Positions 19,624-30,313 of a DNA stretch of 54,338 nt are shown one piece after another. The first letter of the stretch is position 1; every line of letters begins with the position of its first letter. The position numbers were made by a program, and so were the translations under genes. Below the pieces are notes generated by a model. It made no database searches, had not been told where the DNA came from, and saw only the letters and a program-made list of their open reading frames with translations. Origin of the DNA: a virus (lineage: Duplodnaviria > Caudoviricetes); the IMG/VR virus record IMGVR_UViG_3300017963_000063, positions 1-54,338 of that record; one strand, written 5' to 3'.

Positions 19624-21617
19624 TGGGCGCCGCACAGGCAATTCTAGGGCAGTCAGGAATCACGCTTCTCGGCGACCTCATTCGGGGCTTTCTCGGCTGG
19701 CAAGCCGTACAGCAGGGGCGTGAGGACTCTCGGTCCGCCCTGAACATCATCCGTCAGAATCGGGACATGCTGGAGGACTACATTGTCGGCCAGACCGGCG
19801 GGCTGTTCGGCGAAATCCCGCTGTTCTATGGCGACGTGCCCCTAAATCCGGCCGCGACCGCACTGGGGCCATCGCCGTTTGTCGAGCCGGACCTTACGCC
19901 CGGCGAGCGATTAAACCTGGCGCCCGGCCAGCAAGGCCAGCAATTCGATCCGAGCACGCCCACCTTGCTGACTCGGGATGGCGAGCCACTGCCTTCTCGC
20001 GACGACATCTTGGACTTGTCCAAGATTTTCAATGTTGAGGACATGCTCACGCCTGGAGAGGCGTTTTCGGACTTCGTGCCGGGCCCATTTGAGTTACCAG
20101 ACCTGAACCCATACTTGGGCGGCAACCAAGGCGCACGCTTGGGCATCTCGCCGACCGCCGGGAACGTGCCGGGCGTGGTCAATGTGGATGCAGAGGGCAA
20201 CCCCATTGACACTTCAAAGCCGATTGACCTTAACCAGTTCACCTACGACCCCAGCGATTTAGAGGAGATCGCCGGCAATGTCGGCGCGGCATTTGAGGGT
20301 ATCGCTGGCGGGTTGCAGGGGCGGCGCTTGGCGCCGGGCACCTTGTTCGGTCAGGTAGACTTTCCAGAGTACGAGGGCGAGGCGGAACTTGCGAAACTGC
20401 GAGGCGACATTGCCGTTGGCAATCGAGAGGCCACAGAGCTTGCCCGCCAGCAGGTTGCCGCCCGTGCGTTGGGAGCCGGCCAACCGCTTTTGGCCGCCCA
20501 GAGTTCGCAGGACCTAGCCTTGCGGGACATTCAGGATACCGGACGCACGTTGGCCCGCAACGCCGCCGCCGACGTGGAACAGAAGGTTCTTGAGAACGAG
20601 CGGGCGCGGGCATCGATGCAGTTCGCCGGCGCGGCTACCGAGGCCGACATCAACCGGGCGCTGGACCTTGCGGCGTCTAATCTGCGGGGCACGGGGGCGA
20701 GTACGGCAGCCCACCTTTTGAGTAGTGGCGAATCGTTGGAGGCGGCTAACCTTGGTTTGCTGTCGGGGCTAGAGCAGTTCAACCTACAGTACCCGATGGC
20801 GCTACAAGGTTTATTGGACGACCGGGAGCTACAGCAGTTTTTGGCGAACTTGAGCGCCGGGCAAGCGTCGGCCGGAACTGCCGCACAGGACATCGGAATC
20901 CAGCAGGGCTCGGCGGCCAACACGCTGGCCGCGCTCGGCAACTTCATGTTGCAGCCTAACCTGTCGTTGCTACAGGGTATAGCCGGCCTGGGCACTACCG
21001 CCGCCGGCATTCAGCAGAACTTCCCGGTGTTTATGCCGACCACGAACTTTGACAGTACGGCCATCGACGCTTGGAACGCGGCGCGGCTGGCCAATGCGGG
21101 ACAGCCCAAAGATTCGTTCGGTGTGTCCGTGTTGGGTACTGGGTTCAACACGGGTTGCATCGACGGCATGGGCTGGGTGCAATTGGCGGGCGGGAAGATC
21201 GTCATGCTGATGAACGTAGAGGTCGGCGATGAGGTGGTGACGCCCAGCGGCGAAACGAGGAAGGTACTTTACAAGGATTACGGGACCAGCCCGATTCGCG
21301 ATCAGCACGTTCAGATCATTACCAACCTCGGTCCCATCGTGTGTACCCGCGATCACCGTATCGGCGGGTTCCTGGCGGACGAATGGCTGCCGGGCGAAAA
21401 AATTGAGATGGCTGGGGGCATCCGGGCGGTGGTTCTGCTGCTACGTGAGCACCCTTACGTGGTGTCTGGCGACCTGTACGTTGAAGGCAACGCGGACTAC
21501 ATCGTCAATGGGTTTGTGGTTGCGTCGAATATCGGGCGCAACATAGAATCGGTGGGTGGCTTGAGTCGCTATCTTGAACTGAAGGCCGCTCACGAAGCCA
21601 GAATACCGGAGGATTGA
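19623..21617 (+). CDS. putative ejection/internal virion protein with C-terminal Hint domain
   Basis: A/G/Q-rich helical body; CIDG..V.VGDEV..CTRDH..DLYVEG..YIVNGFVVASN at 21156-21530. Confidence 0.75.
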   Translation: MGAAQAILGQSGITLLGDLIRGFLGWQAVQQGREDSRSALNIIRQNRDMLEDYIVGQTGGLFGEIPLFYGDVPLNPAATALGPSPFVEPDLTPGERLNLAPGQQGQQFDPSTPTLLTRDGEPLPSRDDILDLSKIFNVEDMLTPGEAFSDFVPGPFELPDLNPYLGGNQGARLGISPTAGNVPGVVNVDAEGNPIDTSKPIDLNQFTYDPSDLEEIAGNVGAAFEGIAGGLQGRRLAPGTLFGQVDFPEYEGEAELAKLRGDIAVGNREATELARQQVAARALGAGQPLLAAQSSQDLALRDIQDTGRTLARNAAADVEQKVLENERARASMQFAGAATEADINRALDLAASNLRGTGASTAAHLLSSGESLEAANLGLLSGLEQFNLQYPMALQGLLDDRELQQFLANLSAGQASAGTAAQDIGIQQGSAANTLAALGNFMLQPNLSLLQGIAGLGTTAAGIQQNFPVFMPTTNFDSTAIDAWNAARLANAGQPKDSFGVSVLGTGFNTGCIDGMGWVQLAGGKIVMLMNVEVGDEVVTPSGETRKVLYKDYGTSPIRDQHVQIITNLGPIVCTRDHRIGGFLADEWLPGEKIEMAGGIRAVVLLLREHPYVVSGDLYVEGNADYIVNGFVVASNIGRNIESVGGLSRYLELKAAHEARIPED

Positions 21618-21618
21618 C

Positions 21619-22068
21619 ATGCCGGCTGGAATAGGAGTACCTACTGGAATGGTGGCCGGTACTGGCGGCGGCCTCGGGGGTTTCCTGGGCGGTGTCGGCG
21701 ATGCGATGGCTGGCCGGGGTACGATGGGGATGTTGCTGAACCAGCCCGCCTGGATGATGCGACAAATGGGGGCCGACCCGACCACGGCGCAGGCAATCAT
21801 GTTGGGGCTGGCGGCTAACCCGCTTCAAGTGCAGGCCGGAAACACCTCGTTCCAGGTTGGCGGTGGCGGCGGCGGGATTGGTCAAGCTATGCTCATGCGG
21901 CAGATGCTGAAGGGGCAAATGGACAAGGCCGCCGAGGAGGGCAAGGGGTCCATCCTCTCTGACGAGGGCGGGACTGGGTGGTCGCGAGGCAAGTGGAACA
22001 AGTTTATAGGCCAGGGGCCGATGCCTCGCATCCTTGGCGACGACGAGATGTTCCGGTTCAGCCTGTAG
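21619..22068 (+). CDS. Gly/Met-rich putative ejection protein
   Basis: GGAGG RBS; composition and position. Confidence 0.55.
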   Translation: MPAGIGVPTGMVAGTGGGLGGFLGGVGDAMAGRGTMGMLLNQPAWMMRQMGADPTTAQAIMLGLAANPLQVQAGNTSFQVGGGGGGIGQAMLMRQMLKGQMDKAAEEGKGSILSDEGGTGWSRGKWNKFIGQGPMPRILGDDEMFRFSL

Positions 22069-22078
22069 GAGATCGGCC

Positions 22079-22657
22079 ATGCCATACGGACTACCAAATT
22101 ACGGCAGTTTCGGAGGAATATGGCGGGCGCCTATGCCATCCTTCGGTTTTGGTAAATCTGCCCCCAGAAGCCGGGGGGAAATGAACACCTTTGATCTAGA
22201 GGCCAATTGGCATCGCCCCGCCCCGTTGTGGACTTCATCGGAGCTGGGAACGGGGGGGCCTGATCCTGAGCCAACAGAAGGGCCGTATGGTGATTATTGG
22301 CGCGGCACCCTGGCGCTGGGCAACAGAATGTATGATATGGGCTTCGCCGACACGCCCTTCCTCTCTTCGCGCGAGCATGAGCCACCTGCCGAGCAATTCG
22401 ATCCGAGCACACCCACCCTGCTGACTCGGGATGGCAAGCCAGCGTCTTGGAGCGCACTCGACGTTATCAATGATGCCAGGGCGACGAACAATGATCCCGG
22501 TGAGGGCGTTCGCAGGTTGCCGATCTCTAGCTGGAACTTTGCGTTCAGCCCGTGGCAAGTACAGCAGAGGCTGTTAGAGTCGGCGCTAAATATGTATCCG
22601 CAGCCGAAGTATTTGAACAGGCCGCGGCACGACGTGTTTACGCCCACTTTCAGATAA
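22079..22657 (+). CDS. hypothetical virion protein
   Basis: AGGAG RBS; shares QFDPSTPTLLTRDG with the 19623 gene. Confidence 0.55.
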   Translation: MPYGLPNYGSFGGIWRAPMPSFGFGKSAPRSRGEMNTFDLEANWHRPAPLWTSSELGTGGPDPEPTEGPYGDYWRGTLALGNRMYDMGFADTPFLSSREHEPPAEQFDPSTPTLLTRDGKPASWSALDVINDARATNNDPGEGVRRLPISSWNFAFSPWQVQQRLLESALNMYPQPKYLNRPRHDVFTPTFR

Positions 22658-22669
22658 GAGAGTATAGTC

Positions 22670-23821
22670 ATGCCGTTCATCATGCAACAGCCGGGGCGGC
22701 CGCCGTCGATGCCGTTTACTGTGCCTCAGAGGCAGCAGCGCCAGCAGGGCATCTACGCCAATATGCTGAACCCGCAGAGCGACATGATGGCAGCCATCAT
22801 TCCGCTGCTGCTCGCTCAGCAGCAGGCGCAGTTGACGCGGGAACAGATGCGGGATGCGAGGCTGGCGCGCAAAGAAGACCTTGGCCTGATGCACGAACAG
22901 TTTGGGCTGACGCGGAGTATGAATCGAGCCCAGATTGAGGCGCTTAAGAGCGAAATGACAATGGGCCGCAGGCAGTCCGATGTGGGGCTGGCTTCGGCGC
23001 TGATCCCCTTCATAGATGCTACGGCCGCGGCAACCACGGCCAGAGGCACCTCGTTGGCGCCGGATGAGGTGCTGGAAGCCAAAAAACGCTCAGAGCTATA
23101 CACCCGCACCGCTGATGTTACCGCCACTACGGCAGAGCAGTACAACCAGAGCCTGATTGAAGGCTTGGCCGCCGCAAGCACCGGGGACATAAAGTCGGCG
23201 AACACGGCCCTGAAGGCGGCTTCTCGACGATTAAGTAACCTGAAACGACCGCTAAGGTCCGACAATGAGTACGCTCGTGTGGCGGCAGTCCGAGAGCTTC
23301 GCGATTTTGTGGATCGGGCGCGAAGCGAGTTTTCCGATGCTCTTGAAAGCCAATCGCCGTTTAGGGTCGGGGCCAAGCAGTATGTCGGCCTAGACGACCC
23401 AGACACCTACGCGAAGTTCCTGGCAGCCGACCTGAGCGGCGCTACGCTGGTCCGCGGCGTCGAAGGTGATCCTGCTGATGTGTACGAGTTTAGGCAAAAC
23501 CTGGATAACATCGGCCGGATTCTCGATGAAGTTGGGGTGGCGTTGTCTGACGCCGAACAAGAGGGCGGCGAATTGGACGTGCTTGGCGCAATAAGCCCAG
23601 ATTATCTGGTGGCTAAGCGAAAAAGCGAACTGGCCCGGGGGCTGGAGGGCTCTGCTATTGGAATGAGCGAGCTGGCCGCCGCCAAGCAACAGGCCATTCG
23701 TCACCTAATGGGTTTAATGGGCGGCGTCCCGGCGCCCACTGCACCAGCGACAGCCGCCCCGATGCCCAGCAGCCGCGCCCAGGCCACGACGCCGTTCAAC
23801 TACAGCTTTGGACTGAGGTAG
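22670..23821 (+). CDS. putative internal virion protein
   Basis: 383 aa helical; position. Confidence 0.6.
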   Translation: MPFIMQQPGRPPSMPFTVPQRQQRQQGIYANMLNPQSDMMAAIIPLLLAQQQAQLTREQMRDARLARKEDLGLMHEQFGLTRSMNRAQIEALKSEMTMGRRQSDVGLASALIPFIDATAAATTARGTSLAPDEVLEAKKRSELYTRTADVTATTAEQYNQSLIEGLAAASTGDIKSANTALKAASRRLSNLKRPLRSDNEYARVAAVRELRDFVDRARSEFSDALESQSPFRVGAKQYVGLDDPDTYAKFLAADLSGATLVRGVEGDPADVYEFRQNLDNIGRILDEVGVALSDAEQEGGELDVLGAISPDYLVAKRKSELARGLEGSAIGMSELAAAKQQAIRHLMGLMGGVPAPTAPATAAPMPSSRAQATTPFNYSFGLR

Positions 23822-23828
23822 ATGCGAT

Positions 23829-24302
23829 ATGCCGATTCTGCCCCTACTTGCTAGTTTGACCGGCGGTAGCCTGTCTTTGGCGGCACTGCGGGCATTGCTC
23901 GTGCGGCTGGCCAAGACGGGCGCGGGGCACGCCGTGAAGGCCGGCGCCAAGAGGCTGGGGACCGGAGTGGCACGGGCGGCGATGTCACAGACCGCACGCG
24001 GCGGCGTCGGCCGCTATCTAACGAAGGGCGCTCTCAGGCTTGGCAAGACCGTGCCGATGGATGTTGGTATTGGCCTCGGGTTTATGCCTGGCGTGTTCGC
24101 CGTTGACGCCCTGCTGGGCGCCCAACACGAAGGCGACGTAGACACAGCGCTAGCCAACTCGCACGCTGGCCACCCGGCCCAACTTAACGCGCCGATTATG
24201 GCCGGTATCGAGCGGGATGTGATGCTTCGCCGCGCGCTCGCCGACATGGGGATTGACTTTGATGACCTCATCGACCAGCAGACTCGCGGAGGGTTGATCT
24301 GA
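23829..24302 (+). CDS. putative internal virion protein with hydrophobic segments
   Basis: GAGGT RBS; A/G/L-rich. Confidence 0.55.
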   Translation: MPILPLLASLTGGSLSLAALRALLVRLAKTGAGHAVKAGAKRLGTGVARAAMSQTARGGVGRYLTKGALRLGKTVPMDVGIGLGFMPGVFAVDALLGAQHEGDVDTALANSHAGHPAQLNAPIMAGIERDVMLRRALADMGIDFDDLIDQQTRGGLI

Positions 24303-25132
24303 TGTCTCAGTTCGCCGATCCGATGCAAGTAATTCGCGAGGCCCTAGATGTGGCGGGCACAGCGCCGGCATTTGAGCGGGGCCAGGCGTCCTCCGTAGAG
24401 GCGATGCGCAAGATTCTCTTGGCAAGTGCCAAGCAGGGCAATGTAGACGTAGCGATAGCTGGCTACCAGCAAGCCTTTGACAGCCTGAGAACCAAACGCC
24501 GCTGGTGGGATATGCTGACGCTGGCGGAAGACCTGAAAAACGAGTCCAATGACCGCATGAAGGCTATCGGGCGAACTGTGGCGGTGGAGGCAGAAGGTGA
24601 ACTGGCCAAGGTTGTAGAAACCACGAAGGCGCAGGTCCGCGCGCAAGCTGCGAACCTCCTGGGCAGGCCGGGCGGTGCGGCAGAAATCGAAGTTAGCGAT
24701 GACGCCATCCGCAACGGACTCAAAAGCCGACGACCGTCGATTACCCGAATGGCGGAGGAAGCGGCGTCCAGCAATAGGGCGCGGCTCGCATCGGCCGACG
24801 CGGCTCAGGCAGAGGTAAAAGCTGGCAAAAACACCTCGCTTGGTCGTGCGTCCCGACTACGCGGCGTCGGCGGCGTTGCGGGCGGCCTCGCCGCCGGCCT
24901 GTTGCTCAGCAAGATGTTCGGCGGCAAGGGTGACGGCGCGCCCTCGGACGGCGCTACCCAACTTCCGCCCATTTTGCAGGCTGAGCTGATGAAGGCGCAG
25001 ATCATGGCCGACGCCAGCCGACCAGATGAAAGCCAGACGCTAGTCAACCTTGCCCGACTGCTCACCATACAGAAGCGGATTGCCGACCTTGCGGGCATGG
25101 CTGGCCCCAGCCCCACAGTCGGCCTGATCTAA
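24302..25132 (+). CDS. putative internal virion protein
   Basis: Coupled start; GGVAGGLAAGLLL TM-like segment. Confidence 0.55.
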   Translation: MSQFADPMQVIREALDVAGTAPAFERGQASSVEAMRKILLASAKQGNVDVAIAGYQQAFDSLRTKRRWWDMLTLAEDLKNESNDRMKAIGRTVAVEAEGELAKVVETTKAQVRAQAANLLGRPGGAAEIEVSDDAIRNGLKSRRPSITRMAEEAASSNRARLASADAAQAEVKAGKNTSLGRASRLRGVGGVAGGLAAGLLLSKMFGGKGDGAPSDGATQLPPILQAELMKAQIMADASRPDESQTLVNLARLLTIQKRIADLAGMAGPSPTVGLI

Positions 25133-25142
25133 GGACCGACCA

Positions 25143-28124
25143 GTGCCGAGCCTGCTGGAACAGTTAGAACTCGGGGCCAACTCGATTTCGCGGGCCGACC
25201 TGGACTCACTCACCCGGCTGATCCAAGACCCCGATTCCGTGTCGCTGGACGACCATCGCACTGTCGCCGAACGGCTTGGACTTCACGGTGGCTTTTTGGC
25301 GGCGGCGGTCAACGTGTTCGCCGACCCCAAAATCTGGATCGCCGCTTTGTATAGCCGCGTCTTCCCGACGGCGGCCTTCGTGACCGGGCGCATCCCAAAG
25401 CACTTCGTAGGGTATGCCAATGAGTTTACCGGCATCTCTGCGCTTTGGCGCCCGATTACGTCGATGTTCAACGGGACCAACATCCCCCGGATGGAGGCCC
25501 TCTATCTAGAGCGTATGCAGGCGGTCACCAAGATCGGTAACCGCATGTTCGATAAGACGCGGACCCGGCCCAATTGGGCAAACGAGAAGGAGGTGGTCTC
25601 GCACCTGATGGAAGGTCAGCCGCACCCAATGGCAACGGCCGAACTGCGCTCGTTAGCCGGGTCGCTACGCGAGGACATGAACCACCTCTACAAGTTTCTC
25701 TCGCAAGCCCACCGGGTTACTGGTGGATTCGACGAGGGTGAGGCTATCGTTGCTGCGTCATCCCGGCCGTATACGAAGGCCGAAGCCCCGCGGTATCTGC
25801 GAGACTACTTGCCGCACATCCCAATCACTCACACCGACAGCATCTTCGAGCCGGGCGGACGTGAGGCCCTGGCCCGAATGACCCGGAATTCCGAGATCGC
25901 GGCACTGGCCAAAGCGGGGGCCGACCCCAACAAGGTGTGGACTGCCCGACAGAGCAACCAACTACATAGTGACTTCAACCGCTACCAGCAGTTCTTGGAG
26001 GCCGGTGGTGCAAGGTTCTTCAGCCCGCACCTGCTTCGCCGCACCCGGAATATCCCACTGACCAGCCAGATGGGCGGGCAATACTTCGTCACCGATCTGG
26101 ACATCATTTTGCAGAAGTACGTCCACTCGGTGGCCCGCACCTATGCGCTGAACGCTCCGCTGTTCAATACGGAACGACTCAAGATCACCGTGCCGGGCAT
26201 CAAGTCTCCCACCAACGAGCCCTTGATGGTCCAGATAATGAACGAGGGCTTGGCCCACTCCGGGGCTAAGTTCGAGCGGTTTCAGGTAGCCGGTCAGTTC
26301 AATAGGGACGGCACCCCGGTTCTGCGTGAGCGGCTGGTCGATAAGGGCAGTATCTGGCGGATGATGGGCCTGAAAATCCTGTCTCGGAACCTCAAGGGCA
26401 TGTCCAGTATGGACGAGGTTCTGTTTGGCGATGGCTTCGGGACCATGTTCAACAAGGCCCACGACAAGATACGGGGGCTCGTTGGCCGCGGGCAGGAGGA
26501 GCAACTTGCCCATGCGTTGGACAACCTTCGGGCGAAGGGCACCTACCGAAGCGTAGCCAACGGCTTGACCAGCTACTTCTACGCCAATATCGCGGGGCTC
26601 AACCCCTGGTTTGCGTTGCAGAACACTTTGCAGCCTATCATCGGGACTATCCCCGGCCTCGGCATCGGCTCAACCATGCTGGGCGCCAGGGACTTGGGAG
26701 CCAGGATGCCGGCATTCGTCCGGGCCACGCAGCGGCATCTTAAAGCGTCACTGGGCACTCAGACGGACTTGGCACGTATTCCTGTCGCTGGCCGTCCGGT
26801 GGACGCCATGCGCAAAATGCGCGAATCGCTGGCCAAAGCCTACGAGGACGTGTTCCCAGAGGTGGCGCGTCAGGGCCTTCGGGTTGACCCGCGGTTGTAT
26901 GATGTGAATGAGAACATCCTGCTTAGCCGCGGCGCACGCACCTACGACGAATTAGTCAAGTTCTCATTGGCCCCGTTCACGACAACTGAGTCGGTTAACC
27001 AGTTGCTGACTTTCTTCGCCAGCAAGCGGGCACTGCGTAGGGCCATCAAGACAGGCGAGTACGAGTTGCCGAAAGACTTGCCTGAGTCGGCGATAGATGA
27101 CTACCTCAATATGGAGGCTGGCATCACGGTCAACAACCTTCAGTTCCGGCCGAGCCCAGGGTCCAAGACCATCCTGCAAAACTATCTGCCGGCCCCGTTT
27201 CGGATGTTCAGCACGTTCCCCATTCGCCTGCTGAACTCGTTTGCCGAAAGCACTGTCCGCGGGGCAATGACCCAGGAGCAACTCAGTAACGCTTCGGCCC
27301 TGCGAGCCGTCATGTCGCCGCTGTCGTCCACCCGCCAGGATTGGCAAAAGCTGCTGTCGTTGGGTACGGGGCGGAATTTGGGGACGTTGGCGCGAACCTA
27401 TATGTACTCTCAGGTTGCCATCAACGGTGCCCGCGAGGTGCTGGGCGTGGATGTAGGGGAGTCGCTGGGCTTGCTGGTCCCTTTCGAGAGCATCGCCGAT
27501 GGGCGGGCGTTCTTCGGCCTGGCCCCGATACCGCCGATTGCGTCTACGGCCGTTGACATCGTGAAAGCCACCACGACCAGAGACATTCGCCGCTTGCAGC
27601 CGATGTACCTGCCGGGGTACGGCCCGATTCCGATCCCGAAAACCTTGTTCCCCGGAGGGGTGGCCACGGCCAGGGCGATTCGGGCCTTCCAGCAGTACAA
27701 GCCGGATACCGGGGGGTTTGTGGATGCCGATGAGCGCCTGATGTACTACGGCAACGACACGGACCTAATCCTGGGCATGATGGGCATCCCGCTAGACAAA
27801 AACCGCCGATTGCGGGAACATCTCGACATAGTGGCATCGAACCGCCGCTCGATTCGGCAATATCGCCGGGAGTTTGCAATGGCGAGGCTGAATTACGACA
27901 CGGCCAAGATGCAGAAGGTTGCGGCGGCGTTTGGCAAGGCGTATCCAGACATGCCGCCCTTGACCCTCAGCGACCAGGACATGAGGCGGTATCGCGAGAG
28001 CGCGCAAGTGCCGGCTATCACAAGGATGCTGAGGACGATGGGCGAAACCGGCAGGTTTCTGGAATACGATATTTACGAAGTGGACCCTGCGCTTGTCTCA
28101 CCGCCAGCGCTTGGAGGGCTGTAA
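25143..28124 (+). CDS. large internal virion (ejection) protein
   Basis: 993 aa helical protein ending the ejection cluster. Confidence 0.65.
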   Translation: MPSLLEQLELGANSISRADLDSLTRLIQDPDSVSLDDHRTVAERLGLHGGFLAAAVNVFADPKIWIAALYSRVFPTAAFVTGRIPKHFVGYANEFTGISALWRPITSMFNGTNIPRMEALYLERMQAVTKIGNRMFDKTRTRPNWANEKEVVSHLMEGQPHPMATAELRSLAGSLREDMNHLYKFLSQAHRVTGGFDEGEAIVAASSRPYTKAEAPRYLRDYLPHIPITHTDSIFEPGGREALARMTRNSEIAALAKAGADPNKVWTARQSNQLHSDFNRYQQFLEAGGARFFSPHLLRRTRNIPLTSQMGGQYFVTDLDIILQKYVHSVARTYALNAPLFNTERLKITVPGIKSPTNEPLMVQIMNEGLAHSGAKFERFQVAGQFNRDGTPVLRERLVDKGSIWRMMGLKILSRNLKGMSSMDEVLFGDGFGTMFNKAHDKIRGLVGRGQEEQLAHALDNLRAKGTYRSVANGLTSYFYANIAGLNPWFALQNTLQPIIGTIPGLGIGSTMLGARDLGARMPAFVRATQRHLKASLGTQTDLARIPVAGRPVDAMRKMRESLAKAYEDVFPEVARQGLRVDPRLYDVNENILLSRGARTYDELVKFSLAPFTTTESVNQLLTFFASKRALRRAIKTGEYELPKDLPESAIDDYLNMEAGITVNNLQFRPSPGSKTILQNYLPAPFRMFSTFPIRLLNSFAESTVRGAMTQEQLSNASALRAVMSPLSSTRQDWQKLLSLGTGRNLGTLARTYMYSQVAINGAREVLGVDVGESLGLLVPFESIADGRAFFGLAPIPPIASTAVDIVKATTTRDIRRLQPMYLPGYGPIPIPKTLFPGGVATARAIRAFQQYKPDTGGFVDADERLMYYGNDTDLILGMMGIPLDKNRRLREHLDIVASNRRSIRQYRREFAMARLNYDTAKMQKVAAAFGKAYPDMPPLTLSDQDMRRYRESAQVPAITRMLRTMGETGRFLEYDIYEVDPALVSPPALGGL

Positions 28125-28411
28125 TGGCCAAGGCCAGCATCACGCTCCAGAAGGAAGTCCCGGCCGTTATAGAAACACCCGCCGGGCTGGTCACCGTGAC
28201 TTGTCATTCGGGAAAGCGTGTTACCGTTGAATACCCCGGCATGTTGTCCGTGGTGCGTAAGAGCAGTATGGATATTGACGGCAAGTTCCTGTCCGTCGTG
28301 GACGGCAAAGCGAAGCCCAAGTTTAAACTACTGACCCCGATTACTGACGGCGATGGCCTGCTGGTCGGGCTGGAAGAACCGGGTGTGTTTCAAGTGGGAG
28401 AAGTACAATGA
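28124..28411 (+). CDS. hypothetical protein, 95 aa
   Basis: Coupled at both ends; weak CsrA-like spacing in the N-half. Confidence 0.6.
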   Translation: MAKASITLQKEVPAVIETPAGLVTVTCHSGKRVTVEYPGMLSVVRKSSMDIDGKFLSVVDGKAKPKFKLLTPITDGDGLLVGLEEPGVFQVGEVQ

Positions 28412-29250
28412 CAATACCGAGCGCAGATTTGGTGCCGCAGTGGCGCAAGGCCCGGCTCGCCACGACCAATGATACGGTTATCACGGACTACGACGCTGGG
28501 GACTTTGACGTAGACAAAGCCGTAAAGGTGCTGCCGTACCCGGCTATCGCGTTGCGTGTTCTCGGGACGGATGCTGACGGTGAGGCCGCTACCATTACGA
28601 TTTCTGGCTGGGGGTACGCACATTCGGGCGATGCCGCCAAGGTTCCGGGGCATCAGCTATGGAAGGGCACGGTAACGCTGGGCGGGAAGTCGTACACTGG
28701 CTGCGAGGCGCTGGCCGAAGATTCCACCGACACCACAACCTACTACGAAGCTGAATCGTGGAACGCCAGCGTATCTGGCGGACACAACGCCGCAGGCGTT
28801 CGCGTATACGGAGGCGCCAATCACTTCGAGCAGGCGATAATGCTTCTGCCTACGCTCGGGTACGCCTGGATCATGCTGGAAGTCTCGGGTATGTCGATGG
28901 CAACCACCGGCATCCTATGGCGCCCTCTTACCGCCGAGCAAGTTCCGCCCGACATCAACACCGATCGCGAGGCAACGCCGGTTGCCGCGACGATTGCGGT
29001 GGCCGCTGGGCCGACCGCAACCGCTTTGGTGGCCAGCCCGACGTGGGCGCAGTCAGTGACCATCCAGGCCCGCAACACTAATACCGCCACGCTTTGGGTC
29101 GGCGACAGTTCGGCCGCAGCCAATAAGGGTCATGGCCTGCAGCCGGGTGATAGTTTGACGATTACTCGCCGCACGAATCTCAATCTAATCTACATCAATG
29201 GCACGGCCGCAGAGGATGCCGACCTGTTCTACCTGAAGGAAGGTTCCTAA
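28408..29250 (+). CDS. putative tail/structural protein
   Basis: Beta-rich; C-terminal domain shared with the 13124 gene. Confidence 0.6.
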   Translation: MTIPSADLVPQWRKARLATTNDTVITDYDAGDFDVDKAVKVLPYPAIALRVLGTDADGEAATITISGWGYAHSGDAAKVPGHQLWKGTVTLGGKSYTGCEALAEDSTDTTTYYEAESWNASVSGGHNAAGVRVYGGANHFEQAIMLLPTLGYAWIMLEVSGMSMATTGILWRPLTAEQVPPDINTDREATPVAATIAVAAGPTATALVASPTWAQSVTIQARNTNTATLWVGDSSAAANKGHGLQPGDSLTITRRTNLNLIYINGTAAEDADLFYLKEGS

Positions 29251-30014
29251 TGGCTACGCGGACGATTACCAAGGCCGAAGGCGTGGCGGACGTGAACAGT
29301 TGGGAATACGCCTTCAAGAACCAGGCGGACGGCGACGTGTTCAACGTCACAGCCGATCTAACATTTGTCACCGACAACCTTGCCAACGGCAAGGGCAGCA
29401 TCATGTGGGAGTTGAACACCAACACCACGATCCAAACCGATGGCCCCCTGCGTGTCGTCGACTTTGGTGGCATGTACTACTTACGCAGCAACGGCCAGGC
29501 TGCCGGCACGACCATTACCATCGACGACCTGCACCTCAAGAATGGCGAACCCGGCAAGGATTTGGTTGTCTGGATAACTAATAGCGGCGCGATCACGGCC
29601 ACTATGACGGATTGCATTGTCTCGGGCGCCGATCAGATCGGAATTCAGGTTACCCAGCAACTTTCCACAAACCACGCCTTGTCGGTTGCGTTGACGCGGG
29701 TGACGAGTTCTGGCAATGGGTACAACGGGCTGGCGGTTACTAACAGCGAATCAGTCAACGCCGTCGATGCCGTGGTAGCATGTACCGACTGCAACTTCAC
29801 GGGCAACGGATATAGCGGCATAATTGCCGCCCAGGAGCATGGGGTCTATATAAGCCACGATGGTTCTGCCGGCAAAATCATCTTTTCAGCATCCGGCGGG
29901 CGCATCGCAGGCAATAAGGGCGACCCGATTTATACTGACGCAGGTAGCGGAACGATTGAGATACCGACGTTCTCCGGCGTCAAGATCAACGATGTCCGTC
30001 AGGTCACTATGTGA
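29250..30014 (+). CDS. right-handed beta-helix protein (tailspike-like)
   Basis: Repeating SGNGYNGL / TGNGYSGI / AGNKGDPI turns. Confidence 0.6.
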   Translation: MATRTITKAEGVADVNSWEYAFKNQADGDVFNVTADLTFVTDNLANGKGSIMWELNTNTTIQTDGPLRVVDFGGMYYLRSNGQAAGTTITIDDLHLKNGEPGKDLVVWITNSGAITATMTDCIVSGADQIGIQVTQQLSTNHALSVALTRVTSSGNGYNGLAVTNSESVNAVDAVVACTDCNFTGNGYSGIIAAQEHGVYISHDGSAGKIIFSASGGRIAGNKGDPIYTDAGSGTIEIPTFSGVKINDVRQVTM

Positions 30015-30273
30015 CGGGTGCGGAGCGTGCTGTCTGCATGCGGGCGACCCCCCTTTTGGGCACAATGATTGGCTGCGCGTGCCGCGGGCTGTGCAAAACG
30101 AATTGAACGCAATGAGGCGGGATGCCCCGCCAGGCCAGGTCAACAACCCCTGTCACTGGTTACAGCCGGATGGTGGATGCCAGCACCACGAGCACCGCCC
30201 TGATCTGTGCCGCGAGTTTGAGGTCGGGGGTGCTGCCTGCCTTAAATGCCGCTGGGAACACGGCAGCCACTAG
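29992..30273 (+). CDS. YkgJ/FliB-family cysteine cluster protein
   Basis: CDGCGACC...C.WL....C..HEHRP..CR.F. Confidence 0.8.
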   Translation: MSVRSLCDGCGACCLHAGDPPFGHNDWLRVPRAVQNELNAMRRDAPPGQVNNPCHWLQPDGGCQHHEHRPDLCREFEVGGAACLKCRWEHGSH

Positions 30274-30313
30274 GCCCAGTTGTTGGTTTTCCCCAAAAAT
30301 CCCCAAAATCCGC

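Noticed and set aside
28124-28411. CsrA-like protein
   Set aside because: Only strand spacing resembles CsrA; the L.L.R and REE signature residues are absent.
29992-30273. Host assignment to Planctomycetota from gene style
   Set aside because: Impression only; it cannot be supported without homology or spacer searches.
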